Positions 21,316 to 30,385 of a DNA stretch of 64,000 nucleotides are shown one piece after another. Location of the stretch: IMG/VR virus record IMGVR_UViG_3300000304_000066. One strand, given 5' to 3'. Below the pieces are notes generated by a model. That model saw only the letters and a program-made list of their open reading frames with translations. It made no database searches and had not been told where the DNA came from. Origin of the DNA: an uncultured virus (IMG/VR IMGVR_UViG_3300000304_000066) (Duplodnaviria > Heunggongvirae > Uroviricota > Caudoviricetes). Within the stretch, counting starts at the first letter, position 1, and every line of letters begins with the position of its first letter. A program made the translations under genes and the position numbers.

Positions 21316-21705
21316 CTATCCTGAATCCTCGTATGGTGGACTTATTGTAACCGTACGATAATTAAAAGGAATTTTTGGTTGTTGTAGGTCTCCATTATCC
21401 TCATTTTGTAAGTTAATTACCTTACCTACAAGCTTATTTGTTGCTACAATTATAGGTGTCACTCCCATAATCTGCAAAACTTGTATGGGTACATAACTAA
21501 CATGAGAGACTTTTTCGATCTTAGTATCATTTTTAAAGGACTTACAACTGTCCTTCTTATTATTGATTCCTAAGCCTACAACAACACCAAACGCTAGTGC
21601 AATCAAAAGATTAACACCAATCTTCGGGCTACCTTGAATTCTACCTATTGCAATAATAAGCAGAATTAAGGCAATTAACATAAAGATGAAAGATGTTGTT
21701 GTCAT
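21316..21705 (-). CDS. two-TM membrane protein downstream of the ECF sigma (possible anti-sigma)
   Basis: Two hydrophobic helices; 6 nt after the sigma stop codon. Confidence 0.6.
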   Translation of the reverse strand: MTTTSFIFMLIALILLIIAIGRIQGSPKIGVNLLIALAFGVVVGLGINNKKDSCKSFKNDTKIEKVSHVSYVPIQVLQIMGVTPIIVATNKLVGKVINLQNEDNGDLQQPKIPFNYRTVTISPPYEDSG

Positions 21706-21711
21706 GTTTTG

Positions 21712-22272
21712 TTAAATTTTTGAAAGTTTTTGAAATATTACTCTCAACTTACGTTTTGCCTTATTTAGGTCGGATTTAATTGTACCGACTGGAATTCCAA
21801 GCTCAACGCTAAGTTGTTCATAACTAAGATCTTTAAAGTATCTCAACTCGAGTAAATTACGATACTTAGATCTTAGACGAGATAGTGCAATCTTCAATAG
21901 ATCAATATCTTCCGTTTTAATCATATCTGACTCGGGATCTGGAGATATTTCTCTAATTTGAAAATTGCTTTCTTCATCATCAATACTAATATTCTTTTGT
22001 AAATCCTTTGATGCTCTGATATAATCAATTGTAGTATTAACTGCAATTGTTTTTAACCAAGCTTCGAAACTTAATGGATTTATATAAGAATCTAATTTAT
22101 TAAAAGCTTTTATGAATGTATTACTTACTAAATCTTTAGTAAGATCATCATCTTTAACTATATCGTATATAATATAGCGTATCAATTTATGATACCGATC
22201 ATATAATTGAGTAAAAGCTTTCTTTTCGCCACGTTTAGCTTGTTCTACGAGAGTATTTGTATCTATTTTCAT
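21712..22272 (-). CDS. ECF-family RNA polymerase sigma factor
   Basis: AFTQLYDRY, FEAWLKTIAVNTTIDYIR (region 2); LSYEQLSVELGIPVGTIKSDLNKAK (region 4). Confidence 0.93.
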   Translation of the reverse strand: MKIDTNTLVEQAKRGEKKAFTQLYDRYHKLIRYIIYDIVKDDDLTKDLVSNTFIKAFNKLDSYINPLSFEAWLKTIAVNTTIDYIRASKDLQKNISIDDEESNFQIREISPDPESDMIKTEDIDLLKIALSRLRSKYRNLLELRYFKDLSYEQLSVELGIPVGTIKSDLNKAKRKLRVIFQKLSKI

Positions 22273-22318
22273 AAAGCAAGCAATTTAGTAAATGTAGGGA
22301 AGTCGAACTCCTACATTC

Positions 22319-22877
22319 TTAAAATGGAATACCTAATATTTGTTGATAATAATAATTTAAGTATACTCTTTTTCTAGAGTAATAACAAAAAATCATATTA
22401 TCAAACATTATATCTTTATAATGCCTAGATAATTCTANNNNNNNNNNNNNNNNNNNNNNNNNNNNNNNNNNNNNNNNNNNNNNNNNNNNNNNNNNNNNNN
22501 NNNNNNNNNNNNNNNNNNNNNNNNNNNNNNNNNNNNNNTGCTGAAGCTATTCTTAAAAATATAAAATCTGTAGCATGTGTTCTTAATAACATTTTACTAG
22601 GATAAAATACATTAAGAGAAATCCATACTACCCATCTTCTTACTTGAGGAATAGCTTTTTGCCATTCCTTAAATAATAAATTATCTGGTTTAATAGGTAG
22701 ATTCCATCCAAAATATTTTTCAAATTCTGAACCAATTATTCGCCAATCAATTCTATATCCTTGATCTGTAAGCCTAGGAATAAATTCTTTATCACAGTCT
22801 CTTTGAAAATATTCCATTAATTTATCACAGAGTTCCCCTTGCTTATTGAAGATGAATTCTTTTTTAATTTTTTCCAT
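22319..22877 (-). CDS. hypothetical protein spanning an N-gap, ending ...QILGIPF
   Basis: A frame continues after the gap to TAA at 22321-22319. Confidence 0.55.
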
Positions 22878-23305
22878 TTGTCTTCGTTATTAAAGCGGTT
22901 ATTAACTCTTTCAAATATTTCTTTTGCTTCATCCCAAGTAATATGATAATTGACTTGAATATCGGCTACAGTATTTATTAATATCAAGTTTCCACAATCA
23001 TCAATATTTTCTTCTCTTGTGAATCTAAGATATTCTTCATCAGTAAATAGAATAGGTTCACGTTTAATAGGTTCTTTTACTTTATCTTCTTTTTCAATTT
23101 CATTTGATAAATATACAAATGTAAATTGATCAGGAGATTTCGTAATGTTGTCTATTACTTCATGATTTTTCTCTATTTTAGAATTAGTAAAGTCTGTAAG
23201 ATCAATAGCATTAGTAATTCTTATAAATGGTTCAATACCATTTAAAGCAACTAAATATTTTCTTTCAGATACATTGTTCTTAACTACGTATATACCAGCT
23301 TTCAT
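22817..23305 (-). CDS. hypothetical protein
   Basis: 162-aa ORF. Confidence 0.7.
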   Translation of the reverse strand: MKAGIYVVKNNVSERKYLVALNGIEPFIRITNAIDLTDFTNSKIEKNHEVIDNITKSPDQFTFVYLSNEIEKEDKVKEPIKREPILFTDEEYLRFTREENIDDCGNLILINTVADIQVNYHITWDEAKEIFERVNNRFNNEDKWKKLKKNSSSISKGNSVIN

Positions 23306-23493
23306 TTTCTTATTTCTTTATTATATGTTTCAATAACTCTTGATGCAGTAAGCATATCTAAATTAAACTCTTTTTGAATCATTTCAAGTTGTTTATATTC
23401 CTCGAAATTATCATTCATTATTTGAATAAGCTTTTGTTTCTCACCTGGCTTTTCAAAATAAATCCAATAGCCTAATCTCATATTATTCTGCAA
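23302..23493 (-). CDS. hypothetical protein
   Basis: 63-aa ORF overlapping both neighbours. Confidence 0.6.
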   Translation of the reverse strand: MQNNMRLGYWIYFEKPGEKQKLIQIMNDNFEEYKQLEMIQKEFNLDMLTASRVIETYNKEIRK

Positions 23494-23842
23494 TTAAAGT
23501 TGGTATTTCTTTAGTAATAAGAAGTTTTTCAGCTTCTTTCCATTGTCTTGGTAGATTAATCGTACGTATTACTTTACGATATTTATTTACTTTCTTATTA
23601 TGATAGTAATTCCACCAAGTCCAATTAAGAACTTTTACTACTCCAAATTTACTATTTATTCCTTCATTTGTACAAAGAATTACAAATGGATTACCAGAAC
23701 TAAGAATAACTTCATTAGCCGATTTATCCTTAGCACAAGCTCCCATACGAATTAACTTTAAATAAAATCCTTTTAAATGTCTTCGTACACCGGCAGCAAT
23801 AAATTCATTTTTAAACTTTACTAAATTTCTATTCTCATCCAT
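23483..23842 (-). CDS. hypothetical protein
   Basis: 119-aa ORF. Confidence 0.65.
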   Translation of the reverse strand: MDENRNLVKFKNEFIAAGVRRHLKGFYLKLIRMGACAKDKSANEVILSSGNPFVILCTNEGINSKFGVVKVLNWTWWNYYHNKKVNKYRKVIRTINLPRQWKEAEKLLITKEIPTLIAE

Positions 23843-23873
23843 AAAATTTATTATTTATTGATTAAACAATATT

Positions 23874-23947
23874 GTTATCTGTGTGGGATTCGAACCCACA
23901 AACCTCCTGGTAAAATCCAGGGCTCTAGCCATTTGAGCTACAGATAC
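23874..23947 (-). tRNA. pseudo-tRNA (Lys-like) with a 6-nt anticodon loop
   Basis: UAUCUG/CAGAUA, GCUC/GAGC D-arm, CCUGG-AUUUUA-CCAGG, GUGGG-UUCGAAU-CCCAC. Confidence 0.7.
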
Positions 23948-23949
23948 CC

Positions 23950-24160
23950 TCACTTTCGTAGCTAGCACGTTAGATTACGCTGCTATCGCAGTATAATCTG
24001 TGACAAATATATTGCCATTTAAATTTAATTATGAACCTATTTTATCTTCTATATGCAATCAAAAACCCGTTAGCCCCTTGTAAAATATAAATAGTGGAGC
24101 TAGGTGAAGTCGAATCACCGTCTTACATATTTCCAATAAACCTAGTAAGACATCATACAG
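23950..24160 (-). ncRNA. ssrA: circularly permuted (two-piece) tmRNA
   Basis: The 3' acceptor piece GAC-GGUGA-UUCGACU-UCACC-UAGCUCC-A (ends 24095) precedes the 5' piece GGGGCUA (starts 24077). G3.U70 pair; tag GNIFVTDYTAIAA* at 24016-23975. Confidence 0.88.
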
Positions 24161-24186
24161 TTCTTATATGATGAATTTTAATACGT

Positions 24187-24522
24187 TTACTTTGAATTCT
24201 TGTCTTTTAACTTTTTCAAAGTTTTTGTATATTCTTCATTGAACATGTCTTTGAATCTTTCACATTGTTTCGGATAAATTCTAACAAATTCTTCATCTGA
24301 AAGGTCTGTGAATGATTTAGCAATTCTTTTGTTTTTAGTAGTTTTCAGATTTTTGTTGAACTCAACAAAATATCTAGTACTCTCTTTACAGTTAGAACCA
24401 CAAATGACTCTTACTTTAATCATTTGTCTTTCTACTTTACCAAATTTCTTTGTGTATTTGGTTTCTGATTTTACTGCAAGCATACGATCGCATACAGTTA
24501 AGTCTTTTATGAATTTTAACAT
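24187..24522 (-). CDS. hypothetical basic protein
   Basis: 111-aa ORF. Confidence 0.65.
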   Translation of the reverse strand: MLKFIKDLTVCDRMLAVKSETKYTKKFGKVERQMIKVRVICGSNCKESTRYFVEFNKNLKTTKNKRIAKSFTDLSDEEFVRIYPKQCERFKDMFNEEYTKTLKKLKDKNSK

Positions 24523-24559
24523 AATTCTTTATTTGTCGTATTTATAAATGTTAAAATAA

Positions 24560-25110
24560 AATCTAAAGTAATAGTAAATAGGGGATTATTACGTGAACTG
24601 TCAATTATCGGACTTATAGATCTCTTCGGATAATGCCATTTGAGTCACATATTTAGAATAATACTATTTAGGCTTATAGCTCTCTATTACTTTAGTAATT
24701 CGCCTTTGATAGATCATATAGAACTTGAACAGGTTTAATAAATCTAGAACTAAATATACGGATTTACTATATGTTCGGCTTAAAGCTCTAGTTCTATTTG
24801 TGATTTGATATCATTACTATTACAAACTCTATTTCTAGAGCCTATTACTATAGGTCATGGGTTAAACCTCTAGTGATACAACTTGCCGTCTTTATCTACT
24901 GTCGCAATTTATAGTAATAGTAATGATCTTAGGCACATGATCAGTGGCTCAAATCTTCCACTCTGGTTCAAAGACTCTTGAGTTCCTGTTAATTCAGGAT
25001 TTTTTACCTACTACCTTTCGGATTAGAATCGTGGCATTAGTCTCTTTCTAAGAGATAATATAAAATTGTCTAATAGAAGAGACTGAGAGGCCTCTCGGAC
25101 ACTCTCAGCT
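24560..25110 (-). ncRNA. candidate structured RNA with a repeated AGAG..U(A/G)A(G/A)CC motif
   Basis: No ORF; long inverted repeats and about six degenerate motif copies. Confidence 0.5.
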
Positions 25111-25138
25111 CTGATTTTGGAATTGTTAACGATAGAGA

Positions 25139-25519
25139 TTAATATCTCCAAGCGTCATTACCGAAGATGTTTTTCTTAGCTTCGTTAATAGCTTTGTCAC
25201 GCTCATCTTCTGCGGTTTCAACGGCTTTATCATACGTTTGATAATCACCGGATGCTTCAAAGGCAGTCTTTGCTGCTGAAATAGCGGTCAGATATTTCTT
25301 CTGTGCTTCTTCTTTCTTACGAGCAAGACGTAAGGATTTCAGTGCTTCTGTCTCAGTATTTTCAGCTTGAGATAAACGACGTTCTACCTCACGAGCTTGT
25401 TGTTCCAACTTCCGCTGTGCAATATTCTCTTTTGCTTTTGTTACTGCATCGCTTGCTACTCTACCTTGATTTGCCTCTTGCTCTTGCAATTTTGCCTCTA
25501 AATTAAAATCGTTTGCCAT
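25139..25519 (-). CDS. alanine-rich coiled-coil hypothetical protein
   Basis: 126-aa ORF. Confidence 0.75.
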   Translation of the reverse strand: MANDFNLEAKLQEQEANQGRVASDAVTKAKENIAQRKLEQQAREVERRLSQAENTETEALKSLRLARKKEEAQKKYLTAISAAKTAFEASGDYQTYDKAVETAEDERDKAINEAKKNIFGNDAWRY

Positions 25520-25566
25520 AATTTTGATAATTTTAAAAAGTTAATAAAATAATTGATTTATTTAGT

Positions 25567-25979
25567 TTAATCTAATCGTTTATTTATTGAGAAACTTTCG
25601 TAAATATCATTCCAATAAGTATTACCTTCTTTAGTGCTATTCCAATAAAGAGTAGTAAATATTATTGATGAAGGTTTACTCTTACTGGTAATAATACATA
25701 CAATGTTTCTTAATTCTGANNNNNNNNNNNNNNNNNNNNNNNNNNNNNNNNNNNNNNNNNNNNNNNNNNNNNNNNNNNNNNNNNNNNNNNNNNNNNNNNN
25801 NNNNNNNNNNNNNNACAATCACTATTCATAATGTATTGTGTTACATTACGAATATATTTTCCTTCTATTCCACGTTCGTTAAGCTTTTTTTTAAAATCTG
25901 TATTTTGTTTAATAGCTTCTCTTATTTGTTTTTTTATTTCTCTTTTGAATTCTGAATCTGGATCTCCTCGTATATTCAT
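25567..25979 (-). CDS. hypothetical protein spanning an N-gap
   Basis: Two track ORFs join across the gap (MNIRGDP... to ...WNSTKEGNTYW). Confidence 0.55.
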
Positions 25980-26428
25980 ATTAATTAATTTTTATTGCCA
26001 AATCATAGCAGGTAATTTACCTACTGTTTTTTGCTTAGTATAAGGATGCATAAATTCATATATTACTTTATCCTTATTCTTAGAGAGTCCTACTAATGTA
26101 GCATTAACTTTAGTAGGTACAAGTTCATACACATCTTTATTTTTAGCTTTTTCAGCTAACTTTTTAAGATACNNNNNNNNNNNNNNNNNNNNNNNNNNNN
26201 NNNNNNNNNNNNNNNNNNNNNNNNNNNNNNNNNNNNNNNNNNNNNNNNNNNNNNNNNNNNGTTAATGTTTTTGTTGCGTTCATATTTTTGAAAATAAAAG
26301 TCATGGTACATTCTTCTTTATCTTATCTTGTACTAACCCCTTTACTTTTTCAGTAACTCGTACTTTAGGACTTTGGTTATAACATGACTTGGGGTGACCA
26401 CCTATGAATATTAATAACTGGCGAGAAA

Positions 26429-26542
26429 TTAATATTCATCTTTTATTTTCTTAGTACTCTTTTTATAAGGATCCATTTTTGGTTTCTTATTAGGAGTACG
26501 TTCTTGCTTAGATTTTCGAGAATCTTTAAATGTTTTGCCCAT
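26429..26542 (-). CDS. small basic protein (37 aa), not in ORF track
   Basis: MGKTFKDSRKSKQERTPNKKPKMDPYKKSTKKIKDEY*. Confidence 0.55.
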   Translation of the reverse strand: MGKTFKDSRKSKQERTPNKKPKMDPYKKSTKKIKDEY

Positions 26543-26547
26543 AATGA

Positions 26548-26979
26548 TTACAAATTAGCAAGTGCTTTTACAATTGCCGGTAATGTATCAATATAGTTTA
26601 CACGTAGAAATGTTAATTCTTCATCAGTTAATTGATGATTGAATGATTTAACAATTCTATTTGCAAAATCCGGATGTTTTAGTAAATATTGTTGTACTCG
26701 GAACTGCCATACAATACCACCTGCACCATTTACCGGACTACCTACCTCTCTAATGATAATTTCACAACATTTAATTACTTCTGAATCCATATGAGGATAT
26801 CTCTCATTAAGTTCATTTTCATTTAACGCTGTTAGAAATTCACCATCTTTCTTTTGTTTCTCAAACTCTAAAAGAGTTTGTTCTAGCATAGTTTTTGCTT
26901 CTTCAAGAGACCAATTAGTTGGAATTTGAATAGTAAGTAAATTATTACCTACTGTACCAATAAGAATTAACTGTTTCAT
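26548..26979 (-). CDS. hypothetical protein
   Basis: 143-aa ORF. Confidence 0.7.
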   Translation of the reverse strand: MKQLILIGTVGNNLLTIQIPTNWSLEEAKTMLEQTLLEFEKQKKDGEFLTALNENELNERYPHMDSEVIKCCEIIIREVGSPVNGAGGIVWQFRVQQYLLKHPDFANRIVKSFNHQLTDEELTFLRVNYIDTLPAIVKALANL

Positions 26980-27166
26980 TTTTGATAAATTTGAAGTTAA
27001 TAATAGTGACGTGCCAATATATACAGCTATTGGCTAATAAAGTAACTAAATAACGAAGTTGTTTTACAACCATCTATATCTGTATCTATAGATTTATTTA
27101 ATAAAATTGACTATTTTCATATTTAACGTTATAGCAGATTGTAGCGTCAATACAACCTTATTAACG

Positions 27167-27256
27167 ACATGATTTTAACGTCCGCACGATCAATTTATAA
27201 TATAATTTTTTATTATGAATCTTACGCCCCACATGTTTGCCATTTTCTGGTGAGTA
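27167..27256 (-). ncRNA. hatchet self-cleaving ribozyme
   Basis: CAGAAAAUGGCAAACAUGUGGGGCGUAAG-[AU-rich P4]-UGAUCGUGCGGACGUUAAAAUCAUGU matches the hatchet core as I recall it; P2 ACAUG/CAUGU. Confidence 0.85.
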
Positions 27257-27297
27257 CACACTACCTTCACAGGCAATGTGTACAAAAATAAGAGAAA

Positions 27298-27759
27298 TCA
27301 TTTAACAGAATCTGTAACGGTTATAGGTATTTTAACCGCTTCCTCTCCAGTAGCTCTATTTATTTCTGTCTTTATTTCTACATCTTTGATATTCTTTGCA
27401 TCAGGACCTATTATAGCTGGTATACTTTCCTTGATTTGTGTACTAATGTAATAACTCGTATTACGTAAGTATTCTTCTGCAATCTCAATATAGTTAGCAT
27501 TTGTACCTATTCTTTTAAGAATGGTACTAACTATTTGATCAGGTAGTTCCATACAAAGATTATACAATTCATTATTGTATTTCTCTGTACTCCAGTTATT
27601 CATAGCTTCCTCTAATGTAGGAATATCTACAGATGTAGATGTAGAACTTGGTAATGAATCTTGGTTTTTACTATGATTTTTGTCATATCCATACCATAGT
27701 AATTCTACTAATAGTACTGCCAATAGTCCTCCAAGGACTCCATAAAAGAACTCTTTCAT
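27298..27759 (-). CDS. membrane-anchored hypothetical protein
   Basis: N-terminal TM segment. Confidence 0.7.
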   Translation of the reverse strand: MKEFFYGVLGGLLAVLLVELLWYGYDKNHSKNQDSLPSSTSTSVDIPTLEEAMNNWSTEKYNNELYNLCMELPDQIVSTILKRIGTNANYIEIAEEYLRNTSYYISTQIKESIPAIIGPDAKNIKDVEIKTEINRATGEEAVKIPITVTDSVK

Positions 27760-27797
27760 AAAATAATTGATTTATTTAGTTGGTTTGCAATATTGCC

Positions 27798-28022
27798 TTA
27801 TTTATGTTCTTTTTCTTGTAGGTATTTTTCAATTTTCTTTGCCTCTATATTTACTAATTTGTAAAATATTAATAATATAACAGCCATACCTAAACATACA
27901 TTAATTAATTCGTGTGTTTCTATAATGGTATAAATACCAATAATAAAAAATAACACTATTAATAATATGTAGATCAAACATCTAAATGTTATTTTATTTA
28001 TTACATCTGTTTCTTGTTTCAT
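27798..28022 (-). CDS. small two-TM membrane protein
   Basis: Start moved to MKQETD; two hydrophobic helices. Confidence 0.6.
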   Translation of the reverse strand: MKQETDVINKITFRCLIYILLIVLFFIIGIYTIIETHELINVCLGMAVILLIFYKLVNIEAKKIEKYLQEKEHK

Positions 28023-28185
28023 ATTGATTATGTTTAAATTAATATTTAAGAGAATAATCCTAAGTAAGCCATAAGCCACTGGCGCCGTCAAGCCGTTACA
28101 TGTACTTACTCAGGATAAATTAAAATTTGCTTGATATGGGTTTCGCAACAGATATCAAGCTGAGTCTTTGAGATATATAATGTCT

Positions 28186-28554
28186 TTACGGAAATATACT
28201 TAATCTACTATCAATAAATCCAGGTGTCAATGATATATATACTTTTAACATATCAAAAGTATATAAGTATTTATATTTATCATTAGGTACAATTGTTTGT
28301 GGACCATTAATAGAGTCTCTCCATACAGTATGGAAATATTTAAATAATTTAGAATGAAGTATATCCATTTCATCAATTATATATTGAGTCTCATTGTTAA
28401 TAATAGGTTGTATTACTAACCCATAATTTTTCCTCATTTTATTGAGGATTTTAAATGCATTCCACCAATTTAAATGTAAAGCATCATGTAAACACCGCAA
28501 TCTCTTAAAATAAGATATTGGAGTTAAATCTGTTTGTACTATAATCCGGATCAT
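28186..28554 (-). CDS. hypothetical protein
   Basis: 122-aa ORF. Confidence 0.6.
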   Translation of the reverse strand: MIRIIVQTDLTPISYFKRLRCLHDALHLNWWNAFKILNKMRKNYGLVIQPIINNETQYIIDEMDILHSKLFKYFHTVWRDSINGPQTIVPNDKYKYLYTFDMLKVYISLTPGFIDSRLSIFP

Positions 28555-28794
28555 AATATATATATTTATTTAATAATGATCACGATAAAAGACTATTAGC
28601 TTCGGTCGCTACCTACTAGACTCTAGAACCCGTATCATGTTGCATGGACTTGACTTTAAAAAGAAAATGAGTTATAAACTAAATTTAATTTTGATACTTC
28701 GATGAGGTTGTCTTTTACTCTAGAGAATAATAATTTAAAATAATACGCACGTATTTCACAATAGATGCGTATTCCAAAGAGTTAAACTTAAATA

Positions 28795-28968
28795 TCAATC
28801 TTTGTTGATATGGCCTTCAGATTTGTCATCTTCTGTTTTTTTCAGCATTACTAGTACATATAAGAATGCAAGTATAATAACACTTGTATAACTTTCTGTA
28901 AAAAATATTAGTAATACAAATATCCCTGCTAACAAGGATTCCATTGTTTGTTTTATTTTTTCTTTCAT
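28795..28968 (-). CDS. small membrane protein (57 aa), not in ORF track
   Basis: MKEKIKQTMESLLAGIFVLLIF... Confidence 0.5.
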   Translation of the reverse strand: MKEKIKQTMESLLAGIFVLLIFFTESYTSVIILAFLYVLVMLKKTEDDKSEGHINKD

Positions 28969-28983
28969 AATCGTAAAATTTTG

Positions 28984-29056
28984 GTTCCTAAGTAGGATTT
29001 GAACCTACGACCTTCCAAAGGTTATGGATGCTCTTCCTGGCTGAGCTATTAGGAAC
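28984..29056 (-). tRNA. pseudo-tRNA with 8-bp acceptor stem and aberrant anticodon arm
   Basis: GUUCCUAA/UUAGGAAC, GCUC/GAGC, UCCA-UAACCUU-UGGA, GUAGG-UUCAAAU-CCUAC; no U33. Confidence 0.7.
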
Positions 29057-29251
29057 TGTGTTAAAAAAAGATAGAAAAAATTAAAGAAACTTGACTCTGT
29101 ATTTACATAGGCTTGTCACTATTACTAAATATACATTTAGTAGCTACATTACAAATTCTTAATAGAATAAATACTGCTATTCTCACGAACCACAGTATTA
29201 CACCATGAATGAACAATTAAAAAACACTAAACACTAACCGATTACTTTTAC

Positions 29252-29461
29252 TTATTTGCCTAAGCGTTTGTTAAATTCAGATTTTGCTTGTATTCGAGAA
29301 GAAAAAGAAATAATCTTAATATTATTCTCTTCTTCTATTACTACTTCCCACTCATAAGCGTGTTTACCTACAAGTGTGATTTTCATTCCAAACACATCAA
29401 TTTGTGTACTAGTTCTAACTGAAGTAGTACAATTGTTCCTATTGTACTTCTTTCTTCCCAT
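29252..29461 (-). CDS. hypothetical protein
   Basis: 69-aa ORF. Confidence 0.6.
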   Translation of the reverse strand: MGRKKYNRNNCTTSVRTSTQIDVFGMKITLVGKHAYEWEVVIEEENNIKIISFSSRIQAKSEFNKRLGK

Positions 29462-29633
29462 TTTTCTTGTTTTTTATGTAATCAATTATGATTACTATTA
29501 AAAATGAGATCATTACTAATAAGAACACTCCCAAGAAATATAGCGATAGCTGATTCGGGGTATCAATTTGAGACATTCCTGCTAGTATTACTAGTATGAA
29601 TGCTATTGCTAATGTTTTGATAACAATATTCAT
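29439..29633 (-). CDS. small two-TM membrane protein
   Basis: Hydrophobic helices. Confidence 0.6.
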   Translation of the reverse strand: MNIVIKTLAIAFILVILAGMSQIDTPNQLSLYFLGVFLLVMISFLIVIIIDYIKNKKNGKKEVQ

Positions 29634-29638
29634 ATATT

Positions 29639-29827
29639 TTATTTTTTAGTTTTAGTAATTATTTTAGTATTTTCAGATTGAATAATACTGTCTTCAGATA
29701 CTTCTACAAGATTACATGGTAATACTCCCCATTTATTTTTAATTGCAAAAGACGATGCTTCATATATATTATAGCATCCCTTAATATAATGAGGTAATCC
29801 TGTTAATTGAAATACTTTTGTTGCCAT
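29639..29827 (-). CDS. hypothetical protein
   Basis: 62-aa ORF. Confidence 0.55.
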   Translation of the reverse strand: MATKVFQLTGLPHYIKGCYNIYEASSFAIKNKWGVLPCNLVEVSEDSIIQSENTKIITKTKK

Positions 29828-29838
29828 ACGCTTTTACT

Positions 29839-30385
29839 CTAGACTATTTTTACATTAGCTCCCTCTTTAATAAGAAGGTTGTATAAATTATTAGCTTCTG
29901 ATTCACTTATGTTATAATCCTTTAAACGAATTTCTACTGGAGTATTATCGACTATATCTTTTGCTTCTTTTAAATTAAGATGTAGATGATCTTTTATTAT
30001 TTTTACAACTGCTATCTTATTAATTCCAGAGTTTACGAGCAGAATTGATTTAGGATTAATATAACCTATAATATCTTCAAGGTCTTCATCGATTATTTCT
30101 NNNNNNNNNNNNNNNNNNNNNNNNNNNNNNNNNNNNNNNNNNNNNNNNNNNNNNNNNNNNNNNNNNNNNNNNNNNNNNNNNNNNNNNNNNNNNNAAGATC
30201 TTATAGATAACTTCAGAAACTTTTGGTTGAATACTGATACTTAGCGTATCTTCAACGTTTAACTTAACCGATTTGTCTGTTTTTATGGACGCGTTGAGTA
30301 TTTCAACTATAGGTAACAAAGCTACTTTCTCTTTAAAAGAGAGAATATTAGCATTTACTTCTACTGTTTGTTTTATCTTTTTCAT
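29839..30385 (-). CDS. protein with a C-terminal ribosomal protein bL12 (L7/L12) CTD; spans an N-gap
   Basis: Post-gap frame reads LVNSGINKIAVVKIIKDHLHLNLKEAKDIVDNTP...SESEANNLYNLLIKEGANVKIV*. Confidence 0.8.

Noticed and set aside
24560..25110. CRISPR mini-array
   Set aside because: The repeats are short, degenerate and irregularly spaced, and no cas genes are present.
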